A DNA stretch of 64,000 nt from an uncultured Nitrospinaceae bacterium (GTDB lineage Bacteria; UBA8248). The position numbers and the translations under genes were made by a program. This document shows positions 29,446-38,889 of the stretch, piece by piece (within the stretch, counting starts at the first letter, position 1; each line of letters opens with the position of its first letter). Below the pieces are notes generated by a model. The model was not told the DNA's origin. It saw only the letters and a program-made list of their open reading frames with translations, and made no database searches. The stretch lies in assembly GCA_964005815.1 (NCBI GenBank), contig CAXFSR010000037.1:1-64000 (forward strand), in the 5' to 3' direction.

Positions 29446-30564
29446 TTAAGAATTAAAAAAATCTTCAATAGTTTTGATAACATATGAAATTTGTTCTTTA
29501 CTTAGACCTTGGAAAATAGGCAAACTGAGAATTTTTCTGGCTTGTCTTTCAGTAACAGGGAAACTTCCTTGTTCATAACCCAATTCATATCCAATGGACT
29601 GTAAATGTATAGGAATAGGATAATGAATTGCAGTTTGTACTCCTCTTGAAAAAAGAAAATCTTTTAGTTCATCACGATTATCTGTTTGAATAATATATGT
29701 ATGGAAAACAGATTTTTCTCTTTCATTCGGTACAGGAAGAATCAAATTATTAAATTCAGAAAGACCTCTGTGATAAAAGAAAGCATTCGAGATTCTTTGT
29801 TCAGTCCATTCTTCTATATATTTCATTTTTACTAACAGCACAGCAGCCTGTAAATTATCTAATCTACTGTTCCCACTCCAGAATTGACAATCATCTCTTG
29901 TTTTCAGACCTAAATTCCTTAAAATTTTTATTTTATGAAATAAATCCTCATCATTTGTGGTGATTATACCTCCATCACCTATAGCACTTAATGTTTTTAA
30001 CGGATGTAAACTAAAACAACCAGCAATACCAAAAGAACCTACTTTTTGATTGTCATATTCAGCAAGAACAGCCTGAGCGCAATCTTCTACAATATGTAAT
30101 CCATATTTATTACTAATTTCCATTAAAGGAGCCATATTAGAAGGCCTGCCGGTTAAATGTACTGGCAAAATAGCCTTTGTATTTTTAGAAATCTTTTCCT
30201 CTACCTTCATAGGATCAATATTTAAATCATCGCCAACATCAACAAAAATCGGCTTTGCACCTAGAAGTGCAATTGCACTAGCAGTTGCTACAAAGCTATT
30301 TGGAACAGTAATTACCTCATCTCCTTCACCAATATCTAAAGAACGCATTGAAAGAATTAGAGCATCAGTTCCTGAATTCACACCAATTGCATATTTAGCT
30401 CCGCATAATTCAGCAAATTTTTCTTCAAATTTTTCAACTTCTTCACCAAGAATAAAACTACCACTTTGAATTATATTTGAGATCTCTTCCATAATTTCGT
30501 CATGGACAACTGTATTCAGGGAGGCTACATCTACATACGGTACTTCAATTTTCGCAGAACTCAT
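29446..30564 (-). CDS. DegT/DnrJ/EryC1/StrS aminotransferase
   Basis: NSGTDAL, EDCAQ, SLHPLKTL...GDGG and NSRLD motifs. Confidence 0.93.
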   Translation of the reverse strand: MSSAKIEVPYVDVASLNTVVHDEIMEEISNIIQSGSFILGEEVEKFEEKFAELCGAKYAIGVNSGTDALILSMRSLDIGEGDEVITVPNSFVATASAIALLGAKPIFVDVGDDLNIDPMKVEEKISKNTKAILPVHLTGRPSNMAPLMEISNKYGLHIVEDCAQAVLAEYDNQKVGSFGIAGCFSLHPLKTLSAIGDGGIITTNDEDLFHKIKILRNLGLKTRDDCQFWSGNSRLDNLQAAVLLVKMKYIEEWTEQRISNAFFYHRGLSEFNNLILPVPNEREKSVFHTYIIQTDNRDELKDFLFSRGVQTAIHYPIPIHLQSIGYELGYEQGSFPVTERQARKILSLPIFQGLSKEQISYVIKTIEDFFNS

Positions 30565-30621
30565 TAAGAGAACCTTACCTTTAATTAGAATTTTTGGCGT
30601 TAAAAAAAATATATTTTACTA

Positions 30622-31731
30622 TTAAACGAAATTAATGTGTTCAGGCTCGGGCAAACCGGGGGATGGGTCTAAAGTAAATTCACCTTTTTTATATCCATCT
30701 AAAAACTCATTAACCTTGTGTTGCAAACAAAGAGTGCCACACATTTTTTGAGCATTAAAACTTGGAGAAGCCAGATAGTTTACTACTTCCCAATACCTAT
30801 CACTTTGTATAATATCTTTAAATCTTTGTTCTACTATATTTCCCATGTGAAATTTCTTGTATCTATCATTAAAAAGCATACCGCAAGGCGCTACAAGACC
30901 AGAACCTGACAATTGCAACATAAATGGAGGTCCATAGCATCTTTGATAACTTCTAACTCCACTAGCTTCAATTTTTGACCACTTCACTACGACCTTATAT
31001 TCATCATCTGAAAGATCTTCCGCTTCTTTAAGTTTGTCGTAAAGGTTTTCATACGCATCATAATCTACGCCAAGATCTCCATCCTCATTGTCACTACAGT
31101 GTTTGATTACAAGGTAATCAGGTCTTAAATCTTTACCTAGTTGAGCCAGAGGTAAGATTTGATCACCATATTCAGGCATGAGAACCATTTGAAGACCAAT
31201 AGTAACGGGCAAGTTATTTTCTTTTTTAATCTCAACCATATCCTTAATATTTTTGCAAACTTGATGAAACCATTCCTCTTTCGCACCCATAATTTCTGCG
31301 TATCGTTTAGGTTCTCCAGCAGAAATATTTACTCTAAAATAAGTTAGATGGGGAAGTATTTCTTCAGCCTTTCTGCGATTTATAACTAATCCATTAGTAC
31401 CAACCGCCATAGAAATACCAAGTTCGCTTCCTCTTTTAACTGTATCCATAAAAACTGGGGAAATTGTACTTTCACCATCGGAAACCAGACTGATTCCTTT
31501 CACACCAACTTCTGCAGCATCTTCAAGAAAAGAATAAATAACATCCCTATCTATTTTTTTCCTTAAATTTTCTTGAAGCATTGCATAACAAAAATGACAG
31601 GCATAATTACAAGAACGAGTTAAGGCCATATCAATGGTTATTGGGGCAATACGTTCTCCATTTTCCCAAGCTTTAATTCTGTCTGCGTGCCATTCTATTT
31701 TTGTCCCATCTAAAATTAGATCAGTTGTAAT
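30622..31731 (-). CDS. Radical SAM enzyme with SPASM/twitch-type C-terminus; probable ATT start
   Basis: CNYACHFC and C-terminal CYGPPF...PCG...GNI...CGTLC. The frame is open 34 codons upstream of the track's Met (31629) to ATT at 31731, preceded by AGGAGA. Confidence 0.85.
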   Translation of the reverse strand: MTTDLILDGTKIEWHADRIKAWENGERIAPITIDMALTRSCNYACHFCYAMLQENLRKKIDRDVIYSFLEDAAEVGVKGISLVSDGESTISPVFMDTVKRGSELGISMAVGTNGLVINRRKAEEILPHLTYFRVNISAGEPKRYAEIMGAKEEWFHQVCKNIKDMVEIKKENNLPVTIGLQMVLMPEYGDQILPLAQLGKDLRPDYLVIKHCSDNEDGDLGVDYDAYENLYDKLKEAEDLSDDEYKVVVKWSKIEASGVRSYQRCYGPPFMLQLSGSGLVAPCGMLFNDRYKKFHMGNIVEQRFKDIIQSDRYWEVVNYLASPSFNAQKMCGTLCLQHKVNEFLDGYKKGEFTLDPSPGLPEPEHINFV

Positions 31732-31755
31732 TTTGCGTCTCCTAAATGCGTAAAA

Positions 31756-32490
31756 TCATGAGATCCTTCTAAGGGAGTTCAAATCTTTAACTTCTTCAAA
31801 TTCTACATACAAGTTTTCATCTAATTCTTGCTTTAAAATCTTTTCAAAATCCATTAATACCTTTGAAAGATCGTTTTTTTCACTACGTTCTACAGCACAT
31901 ATTATTAACTTTACATCTTTGTCTATTTCAAAGACTTCTAATTTATCTTTAATTTTCGCTTGAGACAAAAAGTTTTTTAATAAAAACCTTGTTTTCTTTA
32001 GTCTATCAGCGCCACTTAAACTTAACCAACCTTCTGACAATTGTCTATCGTAAAAATTAATTGTTGGAGTATACATCTGTTCTTCACGATATAATTTGAA
32101 TATTTTTCGAATTAACGTTTGGGGATATTTAAAAATAGGATCTGCGTTTTCAGGTGTGATAATTCCTGGCACTGGGGCATATATGGTATGATCCCTTAAT
32201 TTGTATTCTAAATTGATACATGTATGATCTGCTGCTTCTTGAATTGGCAGATTTATAATTTCCTTACAAAAAAGTTCCATTAGAATTTTAATATGTATAG
32301 AATTTTCATCTAGATAAAGAGCTTTCTTTATAATATGAGAATCTGGCTCAATCAGGACAGAAAGAGTAACTCCGTTCCAAGATGAAGATAAAAGAATCAA
32401 ACTATTTTGTTCCTGCAAGAAACCTTCCATAGTCAGCGGCATATCCAAATCACTTAGTAATTTTTTATATGCGGGATGAACATTCATCAA
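31756..32490 (-). CDS. Hypothetical protein, possibly NifU/IscU-like fold
   Basis: VTLSVLIEPDSHIIKKA...LMELFCKEIINLPIQEAA resembles the NifU_N pattern; the C-terminus resembles NifU-C topology but has no CxxC. Confidence 0.5.
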   Translation of the reverse strand: MMNVHPAYKKLLSDLDMPLTMEGFLQEQNSLILLSSSWNGVTLSVLIEPDSHIIKKALYLDENSIHIKILMELFCKEIINLPIQEAADHTCINLEYKLRDHTIYAPVPGIITPENADPIFKYPQTLIRKIFKLYREEQMYTPTINFYDRQLSEGWLSLSGADRLKKTRFLLKNFLSQAKIKDKLEVFEIDKDVKLIICAVERSEKNDLSKVLMDFEKILKQELDENLYVEFEEVKDLNSLRRIS

Positions 32491-32807
32491 AGGATTCCTA
32501 ATATTTTTATTTCCATTCCATTATCAGAATCTACAAATTCCAGATTCACAAATAAAGAAAGTGTTTTATGAAGGGCTTCTATATCTATTTTTTCAAGGAT
32601 ATTATCGTTTAATGCAATTGAGAATTTTTGTATTCCTGAGATCTGGACTGATTCAATAAGGTTTAAAATACTTTTTTCATGGTCCTCATCGGGCACCCAA
32701 AGATCAAGCATTTCAAATGACTGCCTAAAGCCTCTAAGCTTATTTTCAATACTATGCTCATAATCTTTTAATAAATCTTCGTAATTAAACTTAACTTTTT
32801 TTTCCAT
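32487..32807 (-). CDS. Hypothetical protein
   Basis: ORF track 32487..32855; the ATG at 32807 avoids overlap with the GT2 gene. Stop overlaps the next start. Confidence 0.7.
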   Translation of the reverse strand: MEKKVKFNYEDLLKDYEHSIENKLRGFRQSFEMLDLWVPDEDHEKSILNLIESVQISGIQKFSIALNDNILEKIDIEALHKTLSLFVNLEFVDSDNGMEIKILGIL

Positions 32808-32814
32808 AAAAAAT

Positions 32815-33534
32815 TTAATTGTCCTGCATTTTATTTTTTTTAAATCGGAGTTCAAAAAATAGAGAAAAAATTGTTTTAACTACAGCGAATAGATTATCTC
32901 TAGTAAAAGATTTTGAATTGCCATGCTCTCTTTTTCCATTCAAAATTCCTATTTCCGTGTAACTATGACCTTTGTATATCAAACGAATTAGTATAGATGC
33001 CATATACGCGTGACCAGTTGTTTCTATAGGAATAGAACGGAGCAATTTAGTACTAATTATTGTATGACCATTATAATATTTCAATTTGCGTGCAAAAAGT
33101 ATATTTAGAAGAAATATAAATACTCGAGAAATAACTCTTCTTGATAATGGTCTGACCCAAGGATTCATAAAATAAGAGATTACCATATCTTTTTCTCCTG
33201 TGTGATCAAGCAATTTTACTAAAGACTCCTTTGGCAGTTCATTATCACCAGGAACCATCACGCAAAAATCACAGTTTGATAATTCAACTCCTCTTCTAAA
33301 ACTGTATCCCATTCCAGCTCGAACTTTATTGTCGAATGATTTTACAAAATCAAATTCTAAGCTTAGTTCTTTAGCTAGATTACCCGTCTTATCTTCACTA
33401 GCATCATTAAAAATCAAAATCTCAAAATCCTTAATCTTCTTTTCCGCCATAGACTCTTCTATAGTTTGAACAGTTAAATTCAAACTCTTTTCTTCATTGT
33501 AACAGGGAACAATAACTGAGATTGAATAATCCAC
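32815..33534 (-). CDS. GT2 glycosyltransferase (DPM-synthase-like)
   Basis: SVIVPCYNEE, NDASEDKT, PGDNE and REHGNSK motifs. Confidence 0.9.
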   Translation of the reverse strand: MDYSISVIVPCYNEEKSLNLTVQTIEESMAEKKIKDFEILIFNDASEDKTGNLAKELSLEFDFVKSFDNKVRAGMGYSFRRGVELSNCDFCVMVPGDNELPKESLVKLLDHTGEKDMVISYFMNPWVRPLSRRVISRVFIFLLNILFARKLKYYNGHTIISTKLLRSIPIETTGHAYMASILIRLIYKGHSYTEIGILNGKREHGNSKSFTRDNLFAVVKTIFSLFFELRFKKNKMQDN

Positions 33535-33544
33535 TTAATAGATC

Positions 33545-34624
33545 TTAAAAAGGACCTTGAAAAATAGGTTTTTCTTCTTTAGAAAAAGAAACCCGATTTT
33601 TTTTCGAGTCGGAAGAAATTGCACCAGTTCTTTTATCATAATTAAATAATTCTTTGATGGAAGAAACTATTTCCTCTTGTCCAAAATAGAAAATTTTTTC
33701 TAATGCTGGACTACATGGAGTAGGAATATCTGGAAGAGCAAGTCTATAAATAGGCGCATCTAACTCATTCCATAGGGATTCTGAGACTTTAGCGTGAATC
33801 TCCGCATTCACACCAAAGCTTAGAGACCCTTGATCTAAAACTAGAAGTCTTCGTGTTTTTGCAACAGACTCTAATACCAGTTCTTGATCCCAAGGCTGTA
33901 TTGTCTGTAAATCTATAACTTCAACATTAATCTTTTCTTTAAGAACAGTTTCTGCCGCTTTTAGAGCTTCACTCGCCATTAAGGAGAACGCCACAATTGT
34001 CAGATCACTTCCTTCCTTTAATTTTGCAGCTTTTCCTAATGGAATATAAAAAGGACTTTGAGGAACATTCCCATCATGTCCATACAACCATCTATGTTCT
34101 AAAAAAATAACAGGACTATCATCAAAAATACTCGACAAAAGCAAACCTTTAACATTTTTTGGATTACTAGGCATAACTACTTTGAGACCGGGAACTTGAG
34201 CAAACATAGAATGAAAAGATTGTGAATGTTGGGCTGCTTGTCCCCATCCTCTTCCAATAATTGCTCTTATAGTTATAGGACAAGAGGTCCTTCCCCCAGA
34301 CATATACCTCCATTTTGCTGCATTATTTACAATCTGATCCATGGTAAGCATTAAAAAATCGTTTCTTGCATGAACAAGAACAGGACGAGTTCCAGAAAGA
34401 GAAGAACCAACTGCAACACCAGTAATAGTATTTTCCGAGAGTGGAATATCAAAAACACGATCTCCACCAAATTTTTCAAAAGCGTTTAGCGTAGTACCAA
34501 AAAGACCTTTGGCATCATCTACACCTGCCCCCATAATAAAAACATTCGAATCTATCTCCATTGATTGGACAAGTGCTTCACTTATTGCTTCAGAAAAAAG
34601 AATCTTTTTGACGTCATCTGTCAT
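33545..34624 (-). CDS. 2-oxoacid dehydrogenase E1 beta / transketolase C-terminal-like subunit
   Basis: RVFDIPLSEN, DQIVNNAAK, QHSQS, PGLKVVMP and EVIDL motifs. Confidence 0.92.
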   Translation of the reverse strand: MTDDVKKILFSEAISEALVQSMEIDSNVFIMGAGVDDAKGLFGTTLNAFEKFGGDRVFDIPLSENTITGVAVGSSLSGTRPVLVHARNDFLMLTMDQIVNNAAKWRYMSGGRTSCPITIRAIIGRGWGQAAQHSQSFHSMFAQVPGLKVVMPSNPKNVKGLLLSSIFDDSPVIFLEHRWLYGHDGNVPQSPFYIPLGKAAKLKEGSDLTIVAFSLMASEALKAAETVLKEKINVEVIDLQTIQPWDQELVLESVAKTRRLLVLDQGSLSFGVNAEIHAKVSESLWNELDAPIYRLALPDIPTPCSPALEKIFYFGQEEIVSSIKELFNYDKRTGAISSDSKKNRVSFSKEEKPIFQGPF

Positions 34625-35614
34625 TTAGTAAACACCTTCATATAAATCTTTTTTAGAAGGAAATGGACTTTTTTTAGCGAACTCAAAAGCATCAGAAATG
34701 TTTTGTTCTACAGAATTTCGAATATTCTTTAATTTATTTTCTTCAAATTTTCGTTCTTTAATTAAATAGTTTTCGTAATTTTTCAAAGGACAATTTTCAA
34801 TCCAGGAATTTAATTCATCTCTAGTACGATATCCAATATCAATATCTTCATTCGGCCCGACATGATCTAACCATCTATATGTTCGACATTCAATTAATGT
34901 CGGACCTTCTCCGTTTCTTGCCCTTTCAATTGCCTCTTTTGAAATATTTAGAATATCTAGAATATTATTTCCGTCAGTCCTAAAACCCGGCATATTTGAA
35001 AATTTTGCTCGCTCAAAAATATTATCTAAAGGCTGTCTTTGCTCAAGAGATGAATATGTCGCATACATATTATTCTCGCAAACAAAAATAACTGGCAACT
35101 TCCTAAGGGAGGCAAATTGTAGGCTTTCATAAAAAACTCCTTGCTCTGATGCGCCATCACCAAAAAAAGCAACTGCCACATTTTTCTTATTTTGAAGTTG
35201 ATAGGTTAATGCTGAGCCTAAAGCCAATGGGATCGAACCGCCAACGATAGCAGATGCACCCATCATTCCAACTTCAACATCTATCAGATGCATTGAACCA
35301 CCCTTTCCAGAAGCACAACCATCTATCTTTCCATAGAGTTCAGCTATCATCGATGGAAGATTCCCTCCTTTTGCAAGATAGTGACCATGACATCTATGGG
35401 TACTATAAACATGATCTTTTTCATTCAGATATTCACAAACTCCGACAGCACATGCTTCCTGTCCAATAGAAAAATGTACAGGACATCGCATTTCTTGTTC
35501 GGGATAAGATTCTGCAATTTTCTCTTCTACTCTTCTGATCTCGTACAATTTTTTATAAATACCAAGAGAAATTTCTTGGTCAAGAATCAGCGATTTTTTT
35601 AAAACTTGCTTCAT
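34625..35614 (-). CDS. ThDP-dependent E1 alpha subunit
   Basis: HFSIGQEA, THRCHGH, GKGGSMH, FFGDGA...ENN and TYRWLDH motifs. Confidence 0.93.
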   Translation of the reverse strand: MKQVLKKSLILDQEISLGIYKKLYEIRRVEEKIAESYPEQEMRCPVHFSIGQEACAVGVCEYLNEKDHVYSTHRCHGHYLAKGGNLPSMIAELYGKIDGCASGKGGSMHLIDVEVGMMGASAIVGGSIPLALGSALTYQLQNKKNVAVAFFGDGASEQGVFYESLQFASLRKLPVIFVCENNMYATYSSLEQRQPLDNIFERAKFSNMPGFRTDGNNILDILNISKEAIERARNGEGPTLIECRTYRWLDHVGPNEDIDIGYRTRDELNSWIENCPLKNYENYLIKERKFEENKLKNIRNSVEQNISDAFEFAKKSPFPSKKDLYEGVY

Positions 35615-35629
35615 TTTAGGACCCCAAAA

Positions 35630-36643
35630 TCAAACCTTCAAAAGATTTTCCATATGCTCAGAAACCATTTTTACATTAAAATATTTTCTATTATTCAAAG
35701 TATCTGTTAATAATCCTGTACGAATTGCATCGGACAACTGAATTATTGCATCGTCTATTTTTTTTCTGGTCGTAAAACCTATAACATTCTTTATTTTATC
35801 AGAGCAAATGTGATAAGAACGATTATCATCTGTTGGAGTCTGAACTATTTTTACATTTTCTTGACCTACATGTTTTTGGACTAATCCTGCCAACTCGGAA
35901 ACTTTATGGTTTTCCGCTCCAACATTAAAAGCTTGTCCAGAAATCAAGGAGGATTCAATCTCAACTAGCAAAGTATATAAATCAGTTAAATCCTCTATAT
36001 GAATATTAGGTCTCTTTTGTTCCCCTCCAAACACACTGATACTTCCTGTATTTACAGCTAAATTAGTAAGAATATTCACAACTAAATCTAATCTCTGTCT
36101 AGGAGAATAACCGCACACTGTAGCAGAACGAACTGCCACAGTCGTAAATCCTTCAGATTGATTTCTAAACAAAAATTCCTCACCAAGAGCCTTATACTTC
36201 GAGTAATCAGTTAATGGTTCAAGACTAACTTCCTCTGTTACATTTTCTTCTTCTTTAATACCATAAACACTTGAACTAGATGCATAAATAAAACGTTTTA
36301 CGCCTGAATCCTTTGCAATCTTAACTAAATTGCATAGAGCATCATAATTTATAGATTTTCCTAGTTCAGGATTTAATTCGTAACTTGGATCATTCGCAAT
36401 ACAAGCTAGATGGATTACAACATCTACATTTTTGAGAGCACTTGTAATTAAGTTTTGATCCCTAATATCGCCTTGAATTTCCTCCAAAGAGTCTCCCAAT
36501 CTACAATGTGAGAACAAATTCTTTTCAAAAAGATATAAATCAACTACTCTCACTTTATATTGTTTACTAAGAAGTTTAGGAACTAAAATACTACCCACAT
36601 AACCTGCACCCCCCGTAACTAAAACTGTTAATTTTTCACTCAT
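35630..36643 (-). CDS. NAD-dependent nucleotide-sugar epimerase/dehydratase
   Basis: TGGAGYVGS, SSSSVYG, YSKYK and YSPRQRLDLVVN motifs. Confidence 0.92.
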   Translation of the reverse strand: MSEKLTVLVTGGAGYVGSILVPKLLSKQYKVRVVDLYLFEKNLFSHCRLGDSLEEIQGDIRDQNLITSALKNVDVVIHLACIANDPSYELNPELGKSINYDALCNLVKIAKDSGVKRFIYASSSSVYGIKEEENVTEEVSLEPLTDYSKYKALGEEFLFRNQSEGFTTVAVRSATVCGYSPRQRLDLVVNILTNLAVNTGSISVFGGEQKRPNIHIEDLTDLYTLLVEIESSLISGQAFNVGAENHKVSELAGLVQKHVGQENVKIVQTPTDDNRSYHICSDKIKNVIGFTTRKKIDDAIIQLSDAIRTGLLTDTLNNRKYFNVKMVSEHMENLLKV

Positions 36644-36697
36644 TTTTTTCCTTATCTCTTAATATAAATATTAAAAACTTCTAAAATTCTATCTAAC

Positions 36698-37294
36698 TTA
36701 TTCTAAATCACCAGCCTGATAAAAACCATAATCTAAGATTGCATGACATATTGAAGTATGAACCAATTCAACAAAACCATAAAATTTTGAAGGAACATAA
36801 AAATTAATCTCACCCATACTTCTAAGTGTATTTTGGGGAGAAAAACCAGATAAAGTGACAACTTTACAACCCAGACTTAAAGAAGCGATAACTCCTTTAT
36901 GAATATTTGCAGAGTTGCCAGAACTACTTATCGCAAAAATAATATCATTGGCACTACAAGAACCAAGAATCGATTTTTCAAAAATAAATTCAAAGCCAAA
37001 ATCGTTTGAAATACAAGTGATCATCGATGCATCACTAAAACATCCAGCTTTAATTCCACCATTTTTCCAAAAATCTACTGCCATATGACTTGCTATAGAT
37101 GCACTTCCACCATTTCCTATAAAATAAACTTTACCTCCTAATTTATTAGAAGAAGCTATCATCTCTACAGTAGTAGAAAAGCCATCTTCAAGTTTCAAAG
37201 GATTCCCATCTTTATTCGAAATTTCTGTATATGAGAAAAGAGCGGACAAATCCTCAAAGTATTTTATGAATTTTTTTTGTGCATTATCATTCAT
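36698..37294 (-). CDS. gmhA: SIS-domain phosphosugar isomerase (GmhA-like)
   Basis: GNGGSASIASH, ISNDFGFE, ISSSGNS.N and VELVH motifs. Confidence 0.8.
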   Translation of the reverse strand: MNDNAQKKFIKYFEDLSALFSYTEISNKDGNPLKLEDGFSTTVEMIASSNKLGGKVYFIGNGGSASIASHMAVDFWKNGGIKAGCFSDASMITCISNDFGFEFIFEKSILGSCSANDIIFAISSSGNSANIHKGVIASLSLGCKVVTLSGFSPQNTLRSMGEINFYVPSKFYGFVELVHTSICHAILDYGFYQAGDLE

Positions 37295-38835
37295 TTTAAA
37301 AGCACCGTCAGGAATTTAAATAAATCGATTGGTTTTACAACTGAACGGTTGCCAACAATAGAAACCGCCATAGCACCGACTGCATTACCAATAAAGCCGA
37401 CCATTTCCATAGGAAATCCTGCTTTCACGCATGGAGCAGTAACAGAGATATATGCATCGCCTGCTCCAATAGTATCAACTACTTTTGATGAAAAAACTGG
37501 GGTATGAAAAACCTGCTCTTTGAGAGCATAAGAAATAGAACCCAAATGTCCTCTCGTTATTGAGGACTTTTGAATATTTAATTTTTCTACGGTTTTAATC
37601 AGCAAATCCTCGATCTCACCAAATCTATCAGTTGTTGCCAATCTAAACTCGGGCTCATCCACACAAAGATAATCTATCCGTGGATATTTAGTAATCAAAT
37701 TGTAACCGATGTTATCACTATTTGTCTGCGTATTCACTGCAAGAAAATTAGATTTTTCACATATTATTTTAACTGCGTCTTCGCCAATAAGACCATGTCC
37801 ATAATCAAGTACGAGTGTCATATCATAATTTTGTAAAACATCACCTAGATATTCAACAATTTGATTTTGAAAATTCTTTGAGGAACGTTCTTCTTTCAAG
37901 AAACCTATTTCAAACATCTTCCTCAAAAATGCATTTTCAACAAATCTTTTTTTCACAATTGTTCTTGAATCATCTTCATAAATAAACTTTGGATTTATTT
38001 TTGGACTTAGACTCTGTCTTATAAAATCTTCTCTGCTATCGACAGTGCCAAGGCCAGTCAATAAATCAACCTGATCACAAAAACCTGCAATATGGTTCGC
38101 TCCAGCCAAAACGCCGCCTGCAAAAACTTCCTCGTTTATAAAACGAGTTGTGATAATAGGCTCTTTTGATGATTTTCCCATAGGCTTACAATAACAATAT
38201 TCATCTATAATAGTTTCGCCTATCACCAAAACCTTTAAATCTTTTAAATTTTTAAGATTTTGAATGATTTTTTCAGAAGAATATGATTTTTGAAAATCGG
38301 TTAAAAAGGTTTTTACTTCATCAGAATACATACCGAAATGATTATTTATTAATTCTGAAGAACTATAGGTTATTTCACGCGTAATATGGAGACGTCCTCC
38401 AACTTCTTCAACTGCAGCTAATTCTTCTTTGATTTTGCCAGTAATATCTTTATCAAAACTTGAGTAATCCTCACCTTTCACATATACATCAGGCCTAATG
38501 TTTTTAATCGCCTCAACAGCTGTTGGATTACGGTTTACAACGACATAGTCAATCGCTTCTATGGAAGCAAGGGCCTCTGAACGTATATTTTCATCAAAAA
38601 CCGGTCGATTTGGACCCTTATTAACATAAACATCTGAAGTTAGAGATACAACAAGAATATCTCCCTGTTTTTTTGCGGCTTGAAAATGAAAAATATGACC
38701 AGGATGAATTAGATCAAAAACCCCATGGCATTGAACTATTACTCTATTTTCATTCTTGAATTTTGAGATCAAAATACTCAATTCGTCATAAGAGAGGATC
38801 TTTTTCTTTTGAGTATCTGAATTTTCAAGTGACAA
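37291..38835 (-). CDS. Bifunctional nucleotidyltransferase / PfkB kinase (RfaE/HldE-like, reversed domain order)
   Basis: N-terminal HGVFDLIHPGH, NKGPNRP and PDVYVKG; C-terminal VIGETIIDEY and VDTIGAGD. Confidence 0.9.
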   Translation of the reverse strand: MSLENSDTQKKKILSYDELSILISKFKNENRVIVQCHGVFDLIHPGHIFHFQAAKKQGDILVVSLTSDVYVNKGPNRPVFDENIRSEALASIEAIDYVVVNRNPTAVEAIKNIRPDVYVKGEDYSSFDKDITGKIKEELAAVEEVGGRLHITREITYSSSELINNHFGMYSDEVKTFLTDFQKSYSSEKIIQNLKNLKDLKVLVIGETIIDEYCYCKPMGKSSKEPIITTRFINEEVFAGGVLAGANHIAGFCDQVDLLTGLGTVDSREDFIRQSLSPKINPKFIYEDDSRTIVKKRFVENAFLRKMFEIGFLKEERSSKNFQNQIVEYLGDVLQNYDMTLVLDYGHGLIGEDAVKIICEKSNFLAVNTQTNSDNIGYNLITKYPRIDYLCVDEPEFRLATTDRFGEIEDLLIKTVEKLNIQKSSITRGHLGSISYALKEQVFHTPVFSSKVVDTIGAGDAYISVTAPCVKAGFPMEMVGFIGNAVGAMAVSIVGNRSVVKPIDLFKFLTVLLK

Positions 38836-38889
38836 TTTAAAAAGTTCCTGAAAAAAACCAAATGAATGAAAAAAACTTAAAATTAGACA

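Noticed and set aside
33545..35614. Housekeeping pyruvate or acetoin dehydrogenase
   Set aside because: No E2/E3 or lipoyl-domain genes nearby, and the pair is embedded in nucleotide-sugar genes.
35614..35632. Epimerase TGA in frame with E1 alpha
   Set aside because: Both domains are complete, a separate ATG with a G-rich RBS is present, and there is no SECIS-like structure.
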